This document shows, in pieces, positions 1-8,500 of a stretch of DNA of 64,000 bases. Within the stretch, counting starts at the first letter, position 1, and the number at the start of each line of letters is the position of its first letter. Source of the DNA: an uncultured delta proteobacterium (GTDB taxonomy: Bacteria > Desulfobacterota > Binatia > DP-6); NCBI GenBank assembly GCA_963815115.1, contig CAWFFN010000012.1, positions 64,001-128,000 of the forward strand, read 5' to 3'. The notes under the pieces are model-generated. The model saw only the letters and a list, made by a program, of their open reading frames with translations, ran no database searches and was not told where the DNA came from. The position numbers and the translations under genes were made by a program.

Positions 1-3000
1 CTGCAGGGCTTCGCCGACGACGTCCTCGGCGGCCGGCCGGACGTCGTCTCGCTCTTCACCAACCACCCCAAGCTGCCGGACGCGGTCGCCTTCAATCAGG
101 CGCTGTGCGGGCTCTACGCCGCCGGCCTCGGGGTCGGCCGCGCCGCGCCCGCTCGCGTCCGCGACGTCGCCACCGCGGCCGCGGCGGTCCCCGCTCCCGC
201 GCCGCTCGTGGCGCCCGCGGCGCACCTGCCGGTCGCGGCGCCCGCGGGCGAGGTCCCGGCCGAGACGCAGCGCGCGCTCGGGCGCCTCGCCCTCGCGTTT
301 CTCGAGCGGGCGTCCGGCCTGATCCCCGGGGCGGCGCACGCGCAGGTGCCGGTCGTCGTCACCGGGGCGGCGCTCGGTCTCCCCGGCACCGAGCACGTGT
401 TCGACGACGACAACGTCGGACAGCTGCTCCACGGCGCGCAGCTGATCGACGTCATTCCGGCGCGCTTTCGCCACGCGATCCTCGACAAGCACATCACGCG
501 GCTGGTGAAGAGCGACGAGGGCGGCCACTTCGAGGTGATCGAGCACGAGAGCGACGTGCTCAAGCTCGCGGCCCGCGGCGGGGCGTTCGACCTCGGGGCG
601 GAGTTCGGCGTCCCCGCCGAGCGCCTCGGCGCCCTCGACCGCACGACGCAGCTCGCCATCGGCGCGGGGATCGACGCCCTGCGCGATGCGGGCATCCCGC
701 TCGTGATGCGCTATCGCACGACCAGCAAGGGCACGCGCCTGCCAGAGCGCTTCGAGCTGCCGGAGCCGCTCCGTGACGAGACCGGCGTCATCTTCGCATC
801 GGCCTTCCCCGGCTATGACGCCTTCGCCGCCGAGCTGGCCGACTACCACTCCGACCGGGCGCGACGCGAGGAGCTGGCGCTGCTGGAAGGGTTGCGCACC
901 CGGCTCGCCGAGTCGGCCAACGGCCACGACCTGTCCGTCACGGAGGTGGACCGGCTGATCCACGACCGCCGGACGGCGATCGAGCGGCAGCCCTACGCGT
1001 TCGACCGCCGTTTCCTGTTCCGCGTCCTCTCCATGGGGCACTCGCAGTTCGCGGAGCTGATCGGAGCGCGCGGGCCGAACACGCAGGTGAACGCCGCCTG
1101 CGCCAGCACGACGCAGGCGCTGGGGCTGGCGGAGGACTGGATTCACGCCGGCCGGTGCCGCCGCGTCATCGTCATCGCCGCCGACGACGTCACCAGCGAC
1201 CACCTGCTGGAGTGGTTCGGCGCTGGCTTCCTGTCGACGGGTGCCGCCGCCACCGACGACGTGATCGAGGAGGCCGCGCTGCCCTTCGACCGGCGCCGGC
1301 ACGGCATGATCCTCGGCATGGGCGCGGCGGCCATCGTCGTCGAGCACCCCGACGCCGCCCGCGAGCGCGGCATCCAGCCAGTCTGCGAGGTCGTGGCCAC
1401 CGTCACCGCGAACAGCGCCTTCCACGGGACGCGGCTCGACGTCGAGCACATCGGGCAGGTGATGGAGCAGGTCGTTGCCTGCGCCGAAGCGCGCACCGGC
1501 ATCCCGCGCGCCGTCATGGCGCCGCAGCTCATGTTCGTCTCGCACGAGACCTACACGCCGGCACGGGGAGGCAGCGCCGCGGCCGAGGTCCACGCCCTGC
1601 GCCAGACCTTCGGTGCGAACGCCGAGCGGATCGTGGTGGCGAACACGAAGGGATTCACCGGACATCCGATGGCGGTCGGCATCGAGGACGTGGTCGCCGT
1701 CAAGGCGCTGGAGACCGGGCTGGTGCCACCGGTCGCGAACTTCAAGGAAGTCGACCCGGAGCTCGGGCCGCTGCACCTCTCCCCCGGCGGCGCCCACGAC
1801 ATCGAGTGGGCGCTGCGTCTGGGCGCGGGCTTCGGCTCGCAGATCAGCATGGTGCTGCTGCGGCGGACGCCGCTCGCCCGCGAGACGCGTCCCGCGCCGG
1901 ACGAGCTCGGCTACGCCTCCCGCGTCATCAGCGCTGCTGCGTGGCGGGAGTGGCTGGCCCGCATGAGCGGCGAGGCGAGCCCCGAGCTCGAGGTCGTCGC
2001 CCGCACGCTCCGGGTGAAGGAGCGTGCGGGCGCCGCACGTCCGGTCGCCGTGGCGGCCGTGGCATCCCCGTTGCCCGTGCCCGTCGCTGCGCCGGCGCCG
2101 GCGGCCGTCGATCCCGTGGAAGCGCGCGTGCTCGCGGTCGTGGCGGAGAAGACCGGCTATCCGCCGGACATGCTCGCGCTCGACCTCGACCTCGAGGCCG
2201 ATCTCGGCGTGGACACCGTCAAGCAGGCCGAGACGTTCGCGGCGGTGCGGCAGGCGTACGACATCCCGCGCGACGACAAGCTCAAGCTGCGCGACTTCCC
2301 GACCCTCGCCCACGTCATCCAGTTCGTCTACGACCGCCGGCCCGACCTGGTGGCGGCGAGGGCCGCCGTGCCCGCCGCGGCGCCGGCGCCGGCGGCGGGA
2401 GCCGTCGCGGAGCGTGACGAGGTCCGCGAGCGGGTGCTCGCGATCGTGGCGGAGAAGACCGGCTATCCGTCGGACATGCTCGCGCTCGACCTCGACCTCG
2501 AGGCCGATCTCGGCGTGGACACCGTCAAGCAGGCCGAGACGTTCGCGGCGGTGCGGCAGGCGTACGACATCCCGCGCGACGACAAGCTCAAGCTGCGCGA
2601 CTTCCCGACCCTCGCCCACGTCATCCAGTTCGTCTACGACCGCCGGCCCGACCTGGTGGCGGCGAGGGCCGCCGTGCCCGCCGCGGCGCCGGCGCCGGCG
2701 GCGGGAGCCGTCGCGGAGCGTGACGAGGTCCGCGAGCGGGTGCTCGCGATCGTGGCGGAGAAGACCGGCTATCCGTCGGACATGCTCGCGCTCGACCTCG
2801 ACCTCGAGGCCGATCTCGGCGTGGACACCGTCAAGCAGGCCGAGACGTTCGCGGCGGTGCGGCAGGCGTACGACATCCCGCGCGACGACAAGCTCAAGCT
2901 GCGCGACTTCCCGACCCTCGCCCACGTCATCCAGTTCGTCTACGACCGCCGGCCCGATCTCGGACAGGGAGCGGGCGCGGCGAGTGACGACACGACATCG

Positions 3001-5535
3001 CGCGCTCCGGCCGCGGCGCCGGTGCCGGACCTCCGCATCCGTGCGCGCGTTCCGCGTCGCGTGCCCGTACCGGTGCTCCGGCCCGGGCTCGACCTCTGCG
3101 TGCCGACGGGCGTGACGCTGACGGGGGGGAGCCGTGTCCTCGTCATGGCGGATGGTGGTGGGGTCGCGGAGGCGCTGGCAACGCGCCTCCGCACCGAGGG
3201 AGTCACCGCGCTGGTGGTGGACGATGCGCCTGCGGCCGAGACGCTCGAGCAGCGGGTGCTGGGCTGGCTCGCCGACGGACCGATCCAGGGCGTCTACTGG
3301 CTGCCCGCGCTCGACGGCGACCCCGACCTCGCCGAGATGGACATCACTTCCTGGCGCGAGGCGCTGCGCGTGCGGGCGAAGCTCCTGCACGTCGTGCTGC
3401 GCCTCGTCGACGCGGGCATGGAGGAGCCCGGCCGCTTCCTGGTGGCGGCGACGCGACTCGGCGGACGGCACGGGTACGACGACGTCGACGTCCCCGCGCC
3501 GATGGGCGGCGCGGTGACGGGGCTGGTGAAAGCCTATCGCCGCGAGCGCGCGGCGCTCGTGAAGGCCGTCGACTTCGAATCCACCCGCGCGCCGGCGGAG
3601 ATCGCGGACGTGCTGGTGGCCGAGACGCTCGCCGACCCCGGGGCGGTGGAGATCGGCTACGCGGGCGGGTTGCGCTGGACGGTGGGCCTCGCGGACGCCC
3701 CAGCCGCAGATGGCCAGCCCGGCCTGGTCCTCGGCCGCGAGACGGTGTTCGTGGTGACCGGCGCGGCAGGCGGCATCGTGTCGGCCATCGTGGCGGACCT
3801 TGCCGCCGCCTCGGGTGGCAGCTTCCACCTCCTCGACCGGGTACCCGAGCCGAAGGAGGACGATCCCGACGTTGCCCGGCTCGATCGTGACCGCGACGGC
3901 CTCAAACGTGACCTCGCCGAGCGCCTGCGGGGCCGGGGCGAGCGGCCGACTCCAGCCCTCGTCGAACGTGAGCTGGCTGCGCTCGAGCGGGCGCAGACGG
4001 CGCTCGACGCGCTGCATGCCGTCCGCCGGGCGGGCGGAACCGCGTCCTACCACGCCGTCGATCTGCTCGACGCCGCCGCGGTCGCCGGGGTGGTCGACGA
4101 GATCCGGCGGCACCACGGCCGCATCGACGTCCTGCTCCACGCGGCGGGGCTCGAGGTGAGCCACCTGGTCGGACAGAAGCCGGCCACGGAGTTCGACCGC
4201 GTCCTCGACGTGAAGTGCGACGGCTGGTTCAACCTGATGCGCGCCGCCGCCGACCTGCCGATCGGCGCGGCGGTCGCTTTCAGCTCCATCGCCGGCCGCT
4301 TCGGCAACCGCGGCCAGACCGACTACAGCGCCGCCAACGACCTCCTCTGCAAATGGACCGCGAAGCTCCGGACCGTGCGACCGGCGATGCGCGCGATCGC
4401 CATCGACTGGACCGCCTGGTCCGACATCGGCATGGCCTCGCGCGGCTCGATCCCGACCGTGATGGCGGCAGCCGGGATCGACATGCTGCATCCGGACGAC
4501 GGCATCCCGATCGTGCGCGCGGAGCTGACGGCGGGCGGGACGCGGGGCGAGGTGGTGATCGCGGACCGCCTGGGCGTCCTCGTCGAGGAGTGGCACGCGA
4601 CGGGCGGACTCGACCCGGCCCGGGCCGAGCGTCTGGTGCAGGAAGCGGGGGGCCCGGTGCTCGGGTCGGTCGTCGAGATGGGCGTGCACGGCGGCCTCGC
4701 GGTCGAGACCATCCTCGACGCGCGACAGCCATTCCTGGGCGATCACCGCATCGACGGCACCCCGGTGCTCCCCGGTGTCATGGGCATCGAGGCGTTCGCG
4801 GAGGTGGCGGCGCTGCTCGTGCCCGGGTGGCACGTGCACGGCGTCGAGGACGTGCACTTCCTCGCCCCCTTCAAGCTCTACCGGGACGAGCCGCGCGCGG
4901 CGCGGATCGAGGCGACGCTGCGCGCGGACGGCGACGGCCTCCTCGCCGACTGCCGTCTCCTCGGCAGCCGGAAGCTTCCCGCCCAGGACGCGCCGCAGGT
5001 GACGACGCACTTCACCGCCCGCATCCGCCTCCGGCGCCCGGCGCCCGCGGTCGAGCACGCCGAGCCGCCCCCGCCGCCCAACGGGCGCGCGGTCACGGCC
5101 GAGGACATCTATCGCGTCTACTTCCACGGCCCGGCCTACCGCGTCCTCGAGCGCGTGTGGCGCGACGGCGACCGCGTCGTCGGGCTCATGGCCCGCGGGC
5201 TCCCGCCGGACCGCCTGCCCGCGGGATGCCGCACCCGTCTGGCTCCCCGCCTGATCGAGCTCTGCTTCCAGACCGCCGGCATCGCCGAGCTCGCGCGCAC
5301 GGGCCGCATGGGCCTGCCCGAACGCATCGAGCGCGTCGTGCCAGGGCAGCCGGACGAGGAGACCGACGAGCGGCTCTTTGCCGTCGTCAGCCGGCGGGCC
5401 GACGGCGCCTTCGACGCGCACGTCGTGGACGGGGCCGGGACCGTGCACGTCGCCCTGCACGGCTACCGCACGGTCGAGCTCCCGGCGAGCGTTGCCGACG
5501 CGCAGATCGCCGCGCTCCAGGCCGTCGCCGGGTGA
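1..5535 (+). CDS. Iterative type I PKS / PfaA-like fatty acid synthase, 5'-truncated (C-terminal end of AT, then KS, 3x ACP, KR, double-hotdog DH)
   Basis: Frame 1 is open from base 1 (LQGFADDVLG...LFTNHPK...AFNQALCGLYAAG, resembling the end of an AT domain), so the ORF-track start at 208 is internal. The KS triad is intact: NAACAST (Cys at 1099), SHETYTP, KGFTGHPM. Three ACPs read DLEADLGVDTVKQAE. KR motifs VTGAAGGI and YSAAN; DH motifs DHRIDGTPVLPG and FHGPAY. Confidence 0.9.
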   Translation: MQGFADDVLGGRPDVVSLFTNHPKLPDAVAFNQALCGLYAAGLGVGRAAPARVRDVATAAAAVPAPAPLVAPAAHLPVAAPAGEVPAETQRALGRLALAFLERASGLIPGAAHAQVPVVVTGAALGLPGTEHVFDDDNVGQLLHGAQLIDVIPARFRHAILDKHITRLVKSDEGGHFEVIEHESDVLKLAARGGAFDLGAEFGVPAERLGALDRTTQLAIGAGIDALRDAGIPLVMRYRTTSKGTRLPERFELPEPLRDETGVIFASAFPGYDAFAAELADYHSDRARREELALLEGLRTRLAESANGHDLSVTEVDRLIHDRRTAIERQPYAFDRRFLFRVLSMGHSQFAELIGARGPNTQVNAACASTTQALGLAEDWIHAGRCRRVIVIAADDVTSDHLLEWFGAGFLSTGAAATDDVIEEAALPFDRRRHGMILGMGAAAIVVEHPDAARERGIQPVCEVVATVTANSAFHGTRLDVEHIGQVMEQVVACAEARTGIPRAVMAPQLMFVSHETYTPARGGSAAAEVHALRQTFGANAERIVVANTKGFTGHPMAVGIEDVVAVKALETGLVPPVANFKEVDPELGPLHLSPGGAHDIEWALRLGAGFGSQISMVLLRRTPLARETRPAPDELGYASRVISAAAWREWLARMSGEASPELEVVARTLRVKERAGAARPVAVAAVASPLPVPVAAPAPAAVDPVEARVLAVVAEKTGYPPDMLALDLDLEADLGVDTVKQAETFAAVRQAYDIPRDDKLKLRDFPTLAHVIQFVYDRRPDLVAARAAVPAAAPAPAAGAVAERDEVRERVLAIVAEKTGYPSDMLALDLDLEADLGVDTVKQAETFAAVRQAYDIPRDDKLKLRDFPTLAHVIQFVYDRRPDLVAARAAVPAAAPAPAAGAVAERDEVRERVLAIVAEKTGYPSDMLALDLDLEADLGVDTVKQAETFAAVRQAYDIPRDDKLKLRDFPTLAHVIQFVYDRRPDLGQGAGAASDDTTSRAPAAAPVPDLRIRARVPRRVPVPVLRPGLDLCVPTGVTLTGGSRVLVMADGGGVAEALATRLRTEGVTALVVDDAPAAETLEQRVLGWLADGPIQGVYWLPALDGDPDLAEMDITSWREALRVRAKLLHVVLRLVDAGMEEPGRFLVAATRLGGRHGYDDVDVPAPMGGAVTGLVKAYRRERAALVKAVDFESTRAPAEIADVLVAETLADPGAVEIGYAGGLRWTVGLADAPAADGQPGLVLGRETVFVVTGAAGGIVSAIVADLAAASGGSFHLLDRVPEPKEDDPDVARLDRDRDGLKRDLAERLRGRGERPTPALVERELAALERAQTALDALHAVRRAGGTASYHAVDLLDAAAVAGVVDEIRRHHGRIDVLLHAAGLEVSHLVGQKPATEFDRVLDVKCDGWFNLMRAAADLPIGAAVAFSSIAGRFGNRGQTDYSAANDLLCKWTAKLRTVRPAMRAIAIDWTAWSDIGMASRGSIPTVMAAAGIDMLHPDDGIPIVRAELTAGGTRGEVVIADRLGVLVEEWHATGGLDPARAERLVQEAGGPVLGSVVEMGVHGGLAVETILDARQPFLGDHRIDGTPVLPGVMGIEAFAEVAALLVPGWHVHGVEDVHFLAPFKLYRDEPRAARIEATLRADGDGLLADCRLLGSRKLPAQDAPQVTTHFTARIRLRRPAPAVEHAEPPPPPNGRAVTAEDIYRVYFHGPAYRVLERVWRDGDRVVGLMARGLPPDRLPAGCRTRLAPRLIELCFQTAGIAELARTGRMGLPERIERVVPGQPDEETDERLFAVVSRRADGAFDAHVVDGAGTVHVALHGYRTVELPASVADAQIAALQAVAG
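2140..2958 (+). repeat. Three near-identical tandem ACP-coding repeats, period 306 nt (102 aa)
   Basis: gtggcggagaagaccggctat recurs at 2140, 2446 and 2752. Copies differ at only a few bases (e.g. ccgccggac vs ccgtcggac), and the Ala/Pro linkers are also duplicated. Confidence 0.97.
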
Positions 5536-8500
5536 GCGACATGCGAGACCAGTTCGGCCGCATCGCGGTCGTCAACCGCGGCGAGGCCGCGATGCGGCTC
5601 GTTCACGCCGTCCGCGAGCTCAACCACGAGCACGGCACGGCGATGCGGACGATCGCGCTGGTCACCGAGCCCGATCGGGCGGCCATGTTCGCCCGCGAGG
5701 CCGACGAGGTGCACGATCTCGGCCCCGCGCTGTACGACGGGCCGGGCGGCCGGCGCTCCGCCTACGTCGACCTGGAACGGCTCGAGCAGGCGCTCCGTGC
5801 CACCCGCGCCGACGCGGCATGGGTGGGCTGGGGCTTCGTCGCCGAGCGCGCCGAGTTCGCCGAGCTGTGCGCGCGGCTCGACGTGGTCTTCATCGGACCG
5901 AGCCCGGCCGCGATGCGGCTCCTGGGCGACAAGATCGCCGCCAAGCGGCTCGCCGAGCGCGCCGGCATCGCCGTGGTGCCGTGGAGCGGCGGCGCCATCC
6001 GGACGCCGGCGGACGCGGTCGAGCACGCGCGCGCGCTCGGCTTCCCCCTCATCCTGAAGGCGGCGGCGGGCGGCGGCGGGCGTGGCATCCGCGAGGTCGG
6101 CAACGAGGCGCAGCTGCTCGCCGCCCTCGAGCCCACCGCCAGCGAGGCGGCGCAGGCCTTCGGCGACGGCACGCTCTTCCTCGAGCGGCGGGTCGCGGCC
6201 GCGCGGCACGTCGAGGTGCAGGTGGTGGCCGACCGCCACGCGACCGTGTGGGCGCTCGGCGTCCGCGACTGCACGCTCCAGCGCCGCCACCAGAAGGTGG
6301 TCGAGGAATCCCCCTCGCCGGCGCTGTCCGCGGCGGAGGACGCCATCCTGCGTGCGGCCGCGGTGCGGCTGGCACGCGCCGCCGGCTACGAGAACGTGGG
6401 GACCGTCGAGTTCCTCTTCGACCCGGTGGGCCGGGAAGCCTGGTTCATGGAGGTGAACACGCGCCTCCAGGTCGAGCACCCCGTGACCGAGTGCACCACG
6501 GGCAGCGATCTCGTGAAGCTCCAGCTTCACGTCGCCCTGGGTGGCAGGCTCGAGGGGGACCCTCCGGCGGTGCGTGGCCATGCCATCGAGGTCCGGCTCA
6601 ACGCGGAGGATCCGGAGAACGGGTTTGCCCCGGCGCCCGGCCAGGTCGAGCTGCTCCGCCTCCCCGGTGGTCCGGGCATCCGTGTCGACCGCGGCGTGGA
6701 CGAGGGCGATCGCATCGCGCCGCAGTTCGATTCCATGATCGCCAAGATCGTCGCCCACGGCGCCGGCCGCGGCGAGGCGCTTGCCCGGCTGCGCCGGGCA
6801 CTCGCCGACACCACCGTCGTGGTCCGCGGCGGCGCCACCAACCGGGCCTTCCTCCTGGGCCTCCTCGACCGGCCCGAGGCCGCCCGCGGCGACTACGACA
6901 ACGGCTGGCTCGATCGGCTGGTCGTCGAGGGCGCGCACCTGCCGCACGGAGGCGTCGAGATCGCGTTGCTCGCGGCGGCGGTGGAGGTCTACGAGGCAGA
7001 AGCGACGATCGAGGTGCGCGGCTTCCTCGCCTCGGCAGCGCGGGGCCGTCCCGCGGTCCCGCCAGACATCGGGCACGCCGCCAAGCTCCGGGTGCATGGA
7101 GTGACCCACGCCGTCGAGGCGCGGCGCCTCGGGCCGCACGCCCATCGCGTCACCGTCGAGGGGCGCACGATCGCCGTGGGCGTGGAACGGGTCGGCTCCT
7201 TCGAGCGCTGGCTCACCGCCGGCGGGCAGCGCCACCGCCTCGTCTCGGTCAGCGACGGCGAAGCGTATCGCATCGAGGTCGACGGGGTTCCCCACCGTAT
7301 CGGACGCGACGAGGGCGGCGTGGTGCGAGCGCCTGCGCCGGCGATGGTGCTGTCGATCGCCGTCGGACCCGGCGACCTGGTCGCGGCGGGGGACCGTGTC
7401 GCGGTGCTCGAGGCGATGAAGACCGAGATCCCGATCCTTGCGCCGGTCGCAGGGCGCGTGCGGAGCGTGCTGGTGACCGCCAACCTCCAGGTGGATGCCG
7501 GCGCCCCGCTGCTCGTGCTCGAACCCACCCAGGCCGCGGCGGACGAGCGTGCCGGCGACGGCCTCGCCCTCGACCGGCTCGTTTCCACGCCGCGCCCGAC
7601 GGGTTCGGCCGACGCGCGCCGCGAGGCGCTCGAGACGCTGCGGCAGCTCATCCTCGGGTTCGACGTGGAGCCGGCCGACGCGCGCCGCCTGGCGGCGGAG
7701 TGGTCCCGGGCCGGAGACGACGCGGAGCTTCGCCGGGCGGAGGACGATCTGCTCGACCTCTTCGTCGACGTCCATTGCGTGTTCGACCATCGCGGGATCG
7801 ACGACGAGCCGGAGGAGCCGGGATCGGTGAGCGCCCAGGAGTACGTCCTGAGCTACCTGCGCACGCTCGATGCGGAGAGCGGGAACCTGCCCGGATGGTT
7901 CGTCGAGCGGCTGCGCCGGGCGCTTGCCCGACACGGCGTGCACTCCCTGGAGCGCTCGGCGGCACTCGAGGCCAGCTGGGTTCGCCTCTTTCGCGCGCAC
8001 CAACGCGTGGAGGAGCAGGTGCCGGTGGTCATGCGCATCCTCGAGCGGCGTCTGCAGGCGGTCCCCGAGGAGGGAGCGGAGGGATCCGCGGCGATGCTCG
8101 ACCGCATGGTCGCGCTCGGCGGCGCCGCACACCCGGCGCTCGCCGATCTGGCGCGGGAGCTGCGCTACCGCTGGTACGATCGGCCGCTGTTCGAGCAGAC
8201 GCGCGCCGCCGTCTACCGCCAGGTGGAAGCCCACCTGGCGGCCCTCGCCAGCCCCGGCGACTCCGGACGGGCGGAGCACGTCGCCTGGCTCGTCGACTGT
8301 TCCCAGCCGCTCGTGGGGTTGCTCTGCCCGCGCCTCGACCGTGCGTCACCGCCGCTCCGGCGGACGATGCTGGAGGTCCTGGTCCGCCGATACTACCGCA
8401 TCCGCGACCTCCGAGGTCTCGAGTTGAGGGACGTGGGCGGCCGGACGTGCGCCGTGGCCGAGTACGGGTTCGACAATCGCCGCATCCATCTGTTCGCCAC

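Noticed and set aside
2140-2958. Direct repeats as a possible CRISPR array or mobile element
   Set aside because: In-frame 306-nt units encoding ACP domains, with no spacers and no cas or transposase genes.
4215-5531. N-terminal 439 aa of the 2292-aa ORF, suggesting a larger carboxylase
   Set aside because: Arg-rich off-frame shadow of the PKS gene. Carboxylase homology starts at 5532/5541, at the stop/start overlap.
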